Counted from the first letter of the stretch, positions 1 to 8,485 are shown. The stretch: 32,000 nucleotides of DNA from Archaeoglobus fulgidus DSM 4304 (GCF_000008665.1 NC_000917.1:2010001-2042000), one strand, 5' to 3'. The notes: a model not told the origin generated them from the letters alone. A program made the numbers and translations.

Positions 1-1689
1 CAGAAACAGAGCAAGCTGGATTAAAGCTGTTAGCTGCCTTGTCGTTGACGAAATACACCTACTCGATTCCGAGAAGAGAGGAGCCACCCTGGAAATTCTC
101 GTGACTAAAATGAGAAGAATGAATAAGGCGCTGAGGGTTATAGGGCTCTCCGCAACGGCTCCAAATGTCACCGAGATTGCAGAGTGGCTAGATGCAGACT
201 ACTACGTGAGCGACTGGAGGCCTGTGCCGCTGGTGGAGGGAGTGCTCTGCGAGGGCACTCTGGAGCTCTTCGACGGTGCATTCTCGACCTCAAGGAGGGT
301 AAAGTTCGAAGAGCTCGTTGAAGAGTGCGTTGCTGAGAATGGGGGTGTTCTTGTTTTCGAATCAACGAGGAGAGGGGCGGAGAAGACGGCAGTTAAGCTC
401 TCAGCAATTACGGCAAAGTATGTTGAAAATGAAGGCTTGGAGAAGGCGATACTCGAGGAGAATGAGGGTGAGATGAGCAGAAAACTGGCAGAATGCGTTA
501 GGAAAGGGGCGGCCTTTCACCATGCTGGCCTGCTGAACGGGCAGAGAAGGGTTGTTGAGGATGCTTTCAGAAGGGGGAATATCAAGGTTGTCGTTGCCAC
601 TCCAACTCTGGCAGCGGGCGTCAACCTTCCAGCCAGAAGGGTGATAGTGAGAAGTCTTTACCGATTCGACGGATACTCGAAGAGAATTAAGGTTTCCGAA
701 TACAAGCAGATGGCTGGGAGAGCCGGCAGGCCGGGAATGGATGAGAGAGGAGAGGCGATTATCATTGTCGGGAAGAGGGACAGAGAGATTGCTGTGAAAA
801 GGTATATTTTTGGAGAGCCTGAGAGGATAACCTCGAAGCTCGGAGTTGAGACTCACCTTAGGTTTCACAGCCTGTCCATAATCTGCGATGGCTACGCAAA
901 AACTCTGGAAGAGCTCGAGGACTTTTTCGCTGACACGTTCTTCTTCAAGCAAAACGAAATATCCCTCAGCTACGAGCTTGAGAGAGTTGTCAGACAGCTT
1001 GAGAACTGGGGGATGGTTGTTGAGGATCACCATCTTGCTCCAACGAAGCTAGGCTCGCTTGTTTCGAGGCTCTACATCGACCCGCTGACGGGCTTCATTT
1101 TCCACGACGTTCTCAGCAGGATGGAGCTCTCCGATATCGGTGCCCTGCACTCATCTGCAGAACTCCGGACATGGAGAGGCTGACTGTTAGAAAGACAGAC
1201 TCGTGGGTTGAGGAGGAAGCCTTCAGGCTTCGAAAGGAGCTAAGCTACTACCCATCCGATTTTTCTGTTGAGTACGACTGGTTTTTGTCTGAAGTCAAGA
1301 CGGCTCTCTGCCTGAAGGACTGGATTGAGGAAAAAGATGAGGACGAAATATGCGCTAAGTACGGCATCGCTCCCGGTGATTTGAGGAGGATAGTTGAGAC
1401 TGCGGAATGGCTGAGCAATGCGATGAACAGAATAGCGGAGGAGGTGGGAAACACGAGTGTCAGCGGGCTTACGGAGAGGATAAAGCATGGAGTCAAGGAG
1501 GAGCTGCTTGAGCTGGTGAGAATAAGGCACATCGGGAGGGTTAGGGCGAGAAAGCTTTACAACGCGGGGATCAGAAATGCTGAGGACATTGTGAGGCACA
1601 GGGAAAAGGTTGCATCGCTGATTGGGAGGGGCATAGCAGAGAGGGTTGTAGAGGGCATTAGCGTTAAGTCTTTAAACCCGGAGTCATGA
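1..1689 (+). pseudogene. hel308: Hel308/Ski2-like SF2 DNA helicase. The 5' end lies outside the window. The frame is interrupted by an apparent 1-nt frameshift at about 1150 (fragments 2..1183 and 1150..1689).
   Basis: Frame 2 is open from nt 2 and contains VVDEIHLL (DEIH motif II, 47-58), GLSAT (motif III) and [10 protein letters not shown] (motif VI). It ends at TGA 1181-1183. Frame 1, open from 1024, reads [13 protein letters not shown] from 1150 and runs to TGA 1687-1689 through a C-terminal [16 protein letters not shown] helix-hairpin-helix-like region. Confidence 0.75.
1671..1678 (+). promoter_or_regulatory. Candidate TATA box for tRNA-Lys, embedded in the last codons of the helicase gene
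   Basis: TTTAAACC lies 23 nt upstream of tRNA position 1 (1702). This spacing fits archaeal TATA-to-TSS distances. Confidence 0.4.
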
Positions 1690-1701
1690 TGCAATCATGC
1701 A

Positions 1702-1775
1702 GGGCCGGTAGCTTAGCCAGGCAGAGCGCGGGACTCTTAATCCCGCAGTCGGGGGTTCAAATCCCTCCCGGCCCG
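1702..1775 (+). tRNA. tRNA-Lys (anticodon CUU), 74 nt, no encoded CCA
   Basis: I folded the cloverleaf by hand. The acceptor stem is GGGCCGG/CCGGCCC with discriminator G. The anticodon stem is CGGGA/TCCCG with loop CT-CTT-AA. The T arm is GGGGG-TTCAAAT-CCCTC. A small hairpin (GAGC..GCTC) and a T-run at 1783-1806 follow. Confidence 0.95.
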
Positions 1776-2241
1776 CTGTTTGTGAGCAGGGAAAGCTCGC
1801 TCTTTTCATAGAAACTCTAAAACACTCCTTGGCGGATTAGTGTAGGCTTTCCTCTTCTTTCAACTTTTAGAACTGTTTTGGTTGGTTTATCAAGAAAGTA
1901 AATCATTCTGAAATCCCCAATGCGATAAAGTTCTCCTCGCCTTCAATCTTTTTAACATCGAGGAATTGGATTCGTTTTGAGCGTTTCAAGAAGTTCACCA
2001 AATTTTCACCAAAACTCTTTAAATGGGCTTTTTTAAGACGGTTTCAGCTCTTGAGTTACTTTCCTGTGAATTACAACTCTAAACACAAGCTCCCTCAAAT
2101 AGTTTACCTCCACGCATTTAAAACTGCAGTCGAGAATCTTCTCCTCCTGTGCTGGCAACTGCGGTTACGAGAGGAGGTATTTCGACTTATGAGGCTGCAT
2201 TACAATGATTGTTGGGGCTCTGGAAATTACTGCAAAGAGGG

Positions 2242-2775
2242 TTAAAGCTCTAAATCGTAACCTGCAGCAACAAGCATTCCTATGAGCGTCTCCCTGAGCC
2301 CTTCATATTTTTTATCCTCGAAAAGAGGTTTGCAGGCTTTGATATCAACCTCTCCGTTGAGCAGCTTTACGGCAAAGGCCATGCACGTCTGCTCGCCGCA
2401 CCGCTTGCAGTTGGTCTTCGGCAGGTAGTTGTAAACATCGAAGGGGCTTACCACAGTTTTCTCAAGAGGCTTTGAAAGGTCTATTTTGTTCCTTTTTTCC
2501 CAAGCTTCCTGAGCCTTTTGCTCTATCTCACCCAGAATGCTTTTTGCCTCATCCTCGTCCTTAATCTGCGTCATCGCCACAAAACCGTCCTCGTGTATCG
2601 TGATTATCCTCTGCCCTTTCTTAAATGAAATCCATCCCCTCTTCTCGTTGTAGCTTGCGTTGGGAATCAACCTCGCAAGATAGGGCATTACAGCCGGAAA
2701 ATTGCCGTCAACTCTGCCTATCACCCTGAGTTTTTTCGGATCAGCAATGCAAGGCAACACTTCTTTGATTTCCAT
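2242..2775 (-). CDS. Fe-S cluster-binding protein: an uncharacterised N-terminal domain plus a C-terminal C-x2-C-x4-C-x16-C motif of the type found at the N-terminus of the corrinoid Fe-S protein/CdhE
   Basis: 177-aa ORF with an ATG start at 2775. The motif NCKRCGEQTCMAFAVKLLNGEVDIKAC was counted directly. A TATA-like TTTAATAAA (2797-2805, minus strand) lies 21 nt from the ATG. Confidence 0.8.
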   Translation of the reverse strand: MEIKEVLPCIADPKKLRVIGRVDGNFPAVMPYLARLIPNASYNEKRGWISFKKGQRIITIHEDGFVAMTQIKDEDEAKSILGEIEQKAQEAWEKRNKIDLSKPLEKTVVSPFDVYNYLPKTNCKRCGEQTCMAFAVKLLNGEVDIKACKPLFEDKKYEGLRETLIGMLVAAGYDLEL

Positions 2776-2783
2776 GCTACTTT

Positions 2784-2885
2784 GTTAAATTAAACGTTTA
2801 TTAAACTTTTGGTTTATTTTTTAAACCTAAGAAAAAAGTTTAAATTTTAAACCAAAAACTTAAATTCAGTTATAAATTTTAAACC
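2784..2885. promoter_or_regulatory. Divergent promoter/operator region with an array of TTAAAC/GTTTAA half-sites
   Basis: TTAAAC starts at 2790, 2801, 2821, 2847 and 2879. TAAACGTTTA (2791-2800) is a perfect 10-bp palindrome. GGTTTA-TTTTT-TAAACC (2811-2827) and GTTTAAA-T-TTTAAAC (2838-2852) are inverted repeats. TAAATTTTAAACC is duplicated at 2841-2853 and 2873-2885. Confidence 0.6.
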
Positions 2886-2887
2886 AT

Positions 2888-3937
2888 ATGGACGTCAATG
2901 CACTGCTGCTGGCGGGAATTCAGGCCCTTGAGGAATACATAGCTCTGCATGTCCTGACGTGTTTGGTACCGGCCTTTTTAATTGCCGGTGCACTCATGTC
3001 GATGATGAACAAGGCCGTTTTAATCAACTACTTGGGTGCTGCAACTTCGAAGCTTAAATCTTTTCCCCTTGCGATAGTTTCCTCTTTCTTTCTCGCAGTG
3101 TGCTCCTGCACTGTCATACCAATCGCTTCTGGGATTTACAAGCGAACTAATGCCACCGCTCCTGCAATGATAATACTATGGGTCGCTCCTGCAACGAACA
3201 TTCTTGCTGTAACGTACACAGGGGCGGTTTTAGGCCTCGAACTCGCCCTGGCAAGAATCGTTGCTGCAATATCCACCGCCTTTGTTGTGGGACTGATACT
3301 CTTCTACGTCTTCGACAGGAAAATAGCATCACAGTCTGATTCGGCGATGCCGAAGGCTGGAAGGTTGGTCGAGAACAACGCTTTGGTTCTTTTTGCCCTT
3401 CTTGTAGCCACATTGCTTCTGCCGAACTACCTGGGTGTTGGGAAGCCCTACATTTTCAAGGTTGAGGTTTTCAGCGTGTTAATGCTGGTCACAACAGTTT
3501 ACGCGCTGAAGAGCTTTAGTAAAGAGGATTTGAAATACTGGATGCTCGAAACGTGGTTTTTCGTCAAGCAGATAATCCCCCTCCTGCTCGTAGGAGTTTT
3601 TATCGTGGGTGTTGTTGGGGAGATTCTGAAAGCCACCGACGTCGTGGAAGTTTATCTCGGTGGGGAGGGTGTCGGGCAGAGCTTTCTGGCTGCTTTGATA
3701 GGTGCGCTAAGCTACTTCGCCACAATGACGGAAGCTCCCTTCGTCGATACACTCATGAAGCTCGGGATGGGGAAAGGGCCGGCTTTGGCACTCCTGCTTG
3801 CAGGCCCAGGCCTGAGCCTGCCAAACATGCTCGCAATTGGGAAGCTTTTTGGTGTGAAGAGAGCGGCTGTGTATATAATCACAATCGTCGCTCTCTCTAC
3901 CATAGCTGGAGTTGTTTACGGGGAGGTGATAGCGTGA
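2888..3937 (+). CDS. Polytopic membrane permease, COG0701/ArsP-like family, with a membrane-embedded CSC cysteine pair
   Basis: 349-aa hydrophobic ORF with multiple predicted TM helices. It carries the motif AVCSCTVIP and is followed by a coupled thioredoxin-fold gene, which is the usual genomic context of this permease family. Confidence 0.85.
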   Translation: MDVNALLLAGIQALEEYIALHVLTCLVPAFLIAGALMSMMNKAVLINYLGAATSKLKSFPLAIVSSFFLAVCSCTVIPIASGIYKRTNATAPAMIILWVAPATNILAVTYTGAVLGLELALARIVAAISTAFVVGLILFYVFDRKIASQSDSAMPKAGRLVENNALVLFALLVATLLLPNYLGVGKPYIFKVEVFSVLMLVTTVYALKSFSKEDLKYWMLETWFFVKQIIPLLLVGVFIVGVVGEILKATDVVEVYLGGEGVGQSFLAALIGALSYFATMTEAPFVDTLMKLGMGKGPALALLLAGPGLSLPNMLAIGKLFGVKRAAVYIITIVALSTIAGVVYGEVIA

Positions 3938-4167
3938 AGATAAAGGTCGTTGGTCCGGGATGTGCGAGGTGCAAGGCAACCTTCGATGTGGTGAAAAAAG
4001 TCGTTGAGAAAGAGGGGCTTGACGTGGAGCTTGAGTACGTGACGGATATGAACGAGGCAATCGAGCTGGGTGTTGTTGCGACACCAGCAGTGTGGGTTGA
4101 CGGGAAAGTAGTTATTCAGGGCAAAATACCAAAGGAGAGCGAGATACTGGAAATCATCAAAAAGTAA
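3934..4167 (+). CDS. Small thioredoxin-fold redox-active disulfide protein (redox_disulf_2 / Thioredoxin_3-like), CxxC = CARC
   Basis: The GTG start at 3934 overlaps the permease stop (GTGA). A GGAGGTGA Shine-Dalgarno sequence lies at 3922-3929. The 77-aa product reads KIKVVGPGCARCK...TPAVWVDGKVV, matching the family pattern. The longer ORF-track call (3553..) overlaps the permease out of frame. Confidence 0.8.
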   Translation: MKIKVVGPGCARCKATFDVVKKVVEKEGLDVELEYVTDMNEAIELGVVATPAVWVDGKVVIQGKIPKESEILEIIKK

Positions 4168-4181
4168 ATTTTTTATTTTTT
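4168..4181 (+). terminator. Oligo-T tract after the permease/thioredoxin operon
   Basis: ATTTTTTATTTTTT lies immediately after the TAA at 4165-4167. Archaeal termination typically occurs at oligo-T. The tract overlaps the stop codon of the convergent receiver gene. Confidence 0.3.
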
Positions 4182-4545
4182 ACGCTACGGCCTTCGCGGA
4201 GTACTTCTCTATCAGCTCTTTGAGAGTTCTTCTTGTGAACGGCTTCTCCACGACCTCCAATGCTCCGATTTTAAGCATTTCCCTGCCCCTGCTCCTTGCG
4301 AAGGCCGTCAAGCCCACAATCTTGGCGTGAGGGTCAATCTTCAGTATCTCCCTTGTTGCCTCAACACCGTCCATTTTTGGCATCTGAATGTCCATGAGAA
4401 CGAGGTCGGGCTTGAACATCTTGTAAGCCCTTACAGCCTCCTCACCGTTCGAAGCTTCAATAATGTCGTAATCCTTGAGCATAATCTTTACAATCTCCCT
4501 AATGCTGTCGTCATCATCGACTATCAGCAATCTGGGCCTAATCAT
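4180..4545 (-). CDS. Single-domain CheY-like response regulator receiver
   Basis: 121-aa ORF with the acidic pocket LLIVDDDD, the phospho-acceptor context LVLMDIQMP and a conserved Lys (EKPF). No output domain is present. Confidence 0.9.
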   Translation of the reverse strand: MIRPRLLIVDDDDSIREIVKIMLKDYDIIEASNGEEAVRAYKMFKPDLVLMDIQMPKMDGVEATREILKIDPHAKIVGLTAFARSRGREMLKIGALEVVEKPFTRRTLKELIEKYSAKAVA

Positions 4546-4611
4546 TATAACAATTGTAATTTACAAGTTAAAAAATCTTTTCTTGCAGTTTTGAAATTAC
4601 TCCAGGTTCTC

Positions 4612-5823
4612 TCACACTCTTTTTTTCAGTACATTTCCTGCTTTCATCTCGTTCTCAAGCAATTCCTTACCTCTCAAATAAACTTTATCTGGAAAGACAG
4701 CCTCAAACCCCTCAAAGGGAGTCCAGCCGCACTTTGAGTGCAGCCTTTCAGCCCTTATTTCATCAACCTTTTTTAGGTCAAAAACCGCGAAGTTTGCGTA
4801 ATTTCCGACTTCAATCTCCCCGTATCCTTTGAATCCGAAGATTCTTGCAGGATTCGACGCAATTTTCTCGACGAGGGTTTTGAAGGAGATGTAACCCTTC
4901 GAGGCGAGGTTCACGAAAAGCGGATACATCGTCTCCACTCCCGGAAATCCGGAAGCTCCCGCCTCTTTATCCTCCAAGGTGTGCGGTGCATGGTCGGAAG
5001 CCAAAACGTCGATGCGGTGAAAGTTTCTGAAGAGCCACTCTACGTCCTCCCTCTCCCTCAGAGGAGGGTTCACGTTTACCAAGTTCCCCAACCTCCCGTA
5101 GTCCTCAACGCTTAGAAGCATGTGGTGCGGCGTCACCTCGTACGTTGAATTGCTGTTCAGTATTTCCTTGGCGGAGTCCTTTGTGGAGATGTGGCAGAAG
5201 TGGAACTTGCCAAGCTCAACGAGCCTCTCAACGGCAAGCACCTCAGCCTCCCTCCTTCTGAAAACGAAATTGGGTGAGCCCCTGGCAACATATGCCGGGT
5301 CCTCTGCATGTATGGTGAAAACAACACCCTCAAACCTTTTGTAAACGCTGCTGAGGGTTTCGTAGTCAATCTGCAAGTCCTCGCTGTCGTGCTGGATGAA
5401 GACCTCCCCAACAGCGGGGACGAAGTACCTCTCCGAAATTTTTCTCATTATGCTCCCAATTTTCCCATGATTTGAGTTTGTGAGGGCAAGGTTCAGGGCA
5501 TAGTCCACATACACGGATTTTTCGGCCTTCCCCATCCTCCGAAAGTAGGTTTCCGCATCGTCGACAGGAGGCTTGGTGTTTGGCTGGTCCACCACGAGGC
5601 AGATTCCACCGTGAAGGGCAGAGAGGGTTCCGGTTTCTATCGTCTCCTTCCTCTTCTCCGCAAAATCTCTTAGATGGACGTGAACGTCTATGCCCGCGGG
5701 GAGGATAACCCCTTTAACTTCCTTGCCTTCTACAAGCTTCCCAATTCTCTTTATCCTGCCGTTCTCAACCTCTATTCCCGCTTCAACGAACTCCCCTTTG
5801 TAGAAAACCTTACCTCTTATCAT
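4612..5823 (-). CDS. pyrC: Dihydroorotase (amidohydrolase superfamily)
   Basis: 403-aa ORF with the metal-binding DVHVHLR motif, SDHAPH, and overall class I DHOase-like length and pattern. Confidence 0.8.
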   Translation of the reverse strand: MIRGKVFYKGEFVEAGIEVENGRIKRIGKLVEGKEVKGVILPAGIDVHVHLRDFAEKRKETIETGTLSALHGGICLVVDQPNTKPPVDDAETYFRRMGKAEKSVYVDYALNLALTNSNHGKIGSIMRKISERYFVPAVGEVFIQHDSEDLQIDYETLSSVYKRFEGVVFTIHAEDPAYVARGSPNFVFRRREAEVLAVERLVELGKFHFCHISTKDSAKEILNSNSTYEVTPHHMLLSVEDYGRLGNLVNVNPPLREREDVEWLFRNFHRIDVLASDHAPHTLEDKEAGASGFPGVETMYPLFVNLASKGYISFKTLVEKIASNPARIFGFKGYGEIEVGNYANFAVFDLKKVDEIRAERLHSKCGWTPFEGFEAVFPDKVYLRGKELLENEMKAGNVLKKRV

Positions 5824-6499
5824 TTAGCAGCTCCTCAAACTGCTTTACAGCTTTTTTCACCTTCTCCTTATCGCGGCCAGAAAACTTAACCATAACGTAT
5901 CCCGGTTTCGGATAGGAGCCTATTTCAACATCCGGGTTATCTCTCACTACTTGATTGAGCTTATCAACTATCTTAACCTCAAAGCCGTTAACCTTCACAA
6001 CCTCCTCGTGATACTCACCCTTTTCGAACCTCTCAAGAATTTTTTCGAATGTGTTCTCCATCTCAGCCGGCACGCCCGGCATGACCGCAACGTTCTCCAC
6101 TATGAATGCGGGCGCAGCCCCAACGTCGTTCCACACAATCTCGCTCCCCTCGGGAACAGACGAAATTTTCCTTACGGCCTCCTCGTTTTTGCTGAGCTTG
6201 CTCAACCACTCGTAAACCTCCTTGCTTATCACCAGCTTTCTGTTGAAGGCCCTGGCAATCCCCTCTGCGGTCACATCGTCGTGCGTGGCTCCCAGCCCCC
6301 CTGTGACCAAAACGAAGTCGGCCTCCTTAGATGCCTTTCTGACCTCCTCCGCAATAATGTTTACGTCGTCGGGGATTGTTATTATTTTCTTTACTTTGTG
6401 CCCTGCCCTGGTAAGCTTCTTCGCCATGTAAGCGGCGTTTGTGTTGGTTATATCACCACTCAAAATTTCGTTGCCCACAGAAATTATGATGAATTCCAT
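5810..6499 (-). CDS. CinA-like / MoaB-MogA-type molybdopterin-binding domain protein
   Basis: 229-aa ORF. The N-terminus reads IISVGNEILSGDITNTNAAYMAKKL...VLVTGGLGATHDDVT, typical of the CinA N-terminal (MoCF_biosynth) domain. It overlaps the pyrC start by 14 nt. Confidence 0.8.
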   Translation of the reverse strand: MEFIIISVGNEILSGDITNTNAAYMAKKLTRAGHKVKKIITIPDDVNIIAEEVRKASKEADFVLVTGGLGATHDDVTAEGIARAFNRKLVISKEVYEWLSKLSKNEEAVRKISSVPEGSEIVWNDVGAAPAFIVENVAVMPGVPAEMENTFEKILERFEKGEYHEEVVKVNGFEVKIVDKLNQVVRDNPDVEIGSYPKPGYVMVKFSGRDKEKVKKAVKQFEELLNDKR

Positions 6500-6529
6500 G
6501 TTCCAAGTTATTTTAAAAATTTAAAAATA

Positions 6530-7702
6530 TTATTGAAACAGCCTCCTGAACAGCCTGCCCTGCAGACCGTGGAATGCCGCAAATCCCTCAGCAAGGCGCT
6601 GGTCAATGGACTCCGTGTCGAAGGAGACGAGCTCTTCCGAGTAAAGGGCGTAGGGTGAGTTTCTGGCCACAACAACTGCGGAGCCCTTGTAAAGCTTAAC
6701 TTTAACCCACCCCGTCACCCTCTCCTGTGTCTTGTCTATGAAGGCGTTCAGAGCGTCGAAAAGCGGGTCGTTGACCAGGCCATAGTAAACAAGCTCCGCC
6801 CACTCCTCCTCAACGAACTTCTTGAACTTCAGCTCCCTTCTGCTGAGGACGAGGTTTTCAAGGTCCCTGTGGGCTGTTATAAGGATTGTGGCTGCAGGAT
6901 GCTCGTAGTTCTCCCTCGCCTTCAGTCCGAGAACCCTGTCCTCAATCATGTCCGTTCTTCCCACTCCGTGCTTTCCGCCAATCTCGTTAAGGGCTTTTAT
7001 CAGCTCAAATCCGCCCATTCTCTCATCGTTCAGCGCTACAGGAACTCCCTTCTCGAAATCTATCTTTACGATCTCTGGCTTGTCTGGAGCCTTTTCCGGG
7101 CTCGCTGTCCACTCGTAGATGTCCTCAGGCGGCTCGAAGGATGGATCTTCCAGCTTCCCTCCCTCAACGCTCCTGCTCCAGAGATTCTCGTCGATGCTGT
7201 ACGGCTTCTCCTTTGTTGCGGGCACCTCAATGCCGTGCTGCCTCGCGTATTCGATTTCCCACTCTCTCGTGAGGTTCAGCTCTCTCACGGGGGCGATGAC
7301 CTTAAATCCGTGCTGCCTGAAAATGTTCTCGAATCTGAGCTGGTCGTTTCCCTTCCCCGTGCATCCATGAGCAACCGCCTCAGCCCCCTCCTTCTTGGCG
7401 ACTTCAACAACCTTTTCGGCTATCAGCGGCCTAGCCAAAGCCGTTCCCAAAACGTAACCTTCGTAATTGCCGTTAGCCTTGATCAGCATGAAGAGGGAAT
7501 CAACAAACTCCTTTTTCGCATCGATTGTGTAGTGCTTGTCCGCATACTTCTTTCCCCTCTCCTCTGCCTGCTTTATATCCGCTTCAGGCTGCCCTATGTC
7601 AACGGTGACCGTGATAACCTCATCAAAACCGTACTTCTCTTTAAGCAGAGGGATGCAGACCGTCGTATCAAGCCCACCGGAATATGACAGCACAACCTTC
7701 AT
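6530..7702 (-). CDS. argG: Argininosuccinate synthase
   Basis: 390-aa ORF with the N-type ATP pyrophosphatase motif SYSGGLDTT and family-typical length. TATA-like ATTTAAAC (7724-7731, minus strand) lies 21 nt from the ATG. Confidence 0.97.
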   Translation of the reverse strand: MKVVLSYSGGLDTTVCIPLLKEKYGFDEVITVTVDIGQPEADIKQAEERGKKYADKHYTIDAKKEFVDSLFMLIKANGNYEGYVLGTALARPLIAEKVVEVAKKEGAEAVAHGCTGKGNDQLRFENIFRQHGFKVIAPVRELNLTREWEIEYARQHGIEVPATKEKPYSIDENLWSRSVEGGKLEDPSFEPPEDIYEWTASPEKAPDKPEIVKIDFEKGVPVALNDERMGGFELIKALNEIGGKHGVGRTDMIEDRVLGLKARENYEHPAATILITAHRDLENLVLSRRELKFKKFVEEEWAELVYYGLVNDPLFDALNAFIDKTQERVTGWVKVKLYKGSAVVVARNSPYALYSEELVSFDTESIDQRLAEGFAAFHGLQGRLFRRLFQ

Positions 7703-7780
7703 ACAATCCCGTCATGCGGAGAGGTTTAAATCTTTTGAGATTAAACAAAAGTTAAAAAACTTCCTGGGTTTTCAGAGGTT

Positions 7781-8260
7781 ATGATTCTAAGCATTGTCGG
7801 AACTTCAGACAGCGGGAAAACCACGCTGATTACCAGAATGATGCCAATACTAAGGGAGAGGGGGTTGAGAGTTGCCGTAGTGAAGAGGCACGCGCACGGC
7901 GACTTCGAAATTGACAAGGAGGGCAAGGACTCGTGGAAGATTTACAACAGCGGTGCGGATGTGGTGATTGCCTCTCCAGTAAAGCTCGCCTTCATCAGGA
8001 GAGTAAGCGAGGAGGAGGGAAACGACCTTGACTGGATTTACGAAAGGTACCTGAGCGATTACGACCTCGTCATTACCGAGGGTTTCAGCAAGGCGGGAAA
8101 GGACAGAATTGTTGTGGTTAAGAAGCCTGAGGAGGTTGAGCACTTCAGGCAGGGGAGAATTCTTGCCGTGGTTTGCGATGAGAGGGTTGATGGGCACAAA
8201 TGGTTCAGGAGAGATGAGGTGGAAAGGATTGCGGAGTTCATTCTATCGCTGCTGCGTTAA
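7781..8260 (+). CDS. mobB: Molybdopterin-guanine dinucleotide biosynthesis adapter protein MobB
   Basis: 159-aa ORF with P-loop GTSDSGKTT and the KRHAHGDFEIDKEGKDS pattern typical of MobB. TATA-like TTAAAAAA (7752-7759) lies 21 nt from the ATG. Confidence 0.9.
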   Translation: MILSIVGTSDSGKTTLITRMMPILRERGLRVAVVKRHAHGDFEIDKEGKDSWKIYNSGADVVIASPVKLAFIRRVSEEEGNDLDWIYERYLSDYDLVITEGFSKAGKDRIVVVKKPEEVEHFRQGRILAVVCDERVDGHKWFRRDEVERIAEFILSLLR

Positions 8261-8485
8261 AACTCTTTTTCATGGTGAAAGTTTTGTAAAGTTAAAATTA
8301 AGGAGTGGATTCGCCCGATTTGAGCCGAGACTCTAGCGTTCAGACATGTTTAGAAGTTTAATTTGCATCTCGGAGAGAGTCGAAGATTGAGGGATTCAAA
8401 CAAAGACTTATATACCCTTCAGCCAAGCGTTGGGAGATAGAGTGGAACGTTGCTGTTCTGTTCTCTGTTGAAAGAGGTGAATAAA

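Noticed and set aside
1776-2241. A duplicate of the tRNA-Lys 3' half downstream, which would mark an integrated element.
   Set aside because: Only a 7-nt match (AAATCCC near 1911) was found, and there is no extended repeat of the T-arm or acceptor sequence. No att site can be claimed.
2051-2245. The 64-aa plus-strand ORF from the track.
   Set aside because: It has a TTG start, no TATA or Shine-Dalgarno signal at the right distance and an odd composition. It also runs into the stop of the convergent Fe-S gene. Only its last 18 codons have an SD-like signal, which is too weak to call.
8318-8380. Inverted repeats (CCGAGA/TCTCGG and GACTCT/AGAGTC) in the DEAD-box upstream region, considered as an RNA structure.
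   Set aside because: The two complementary pairs are arranged in the same order rather than nested. They therefore cannot form one hairpin, and 6-bp stems with about 45-nt loops are weak. I do not report this as a structure.
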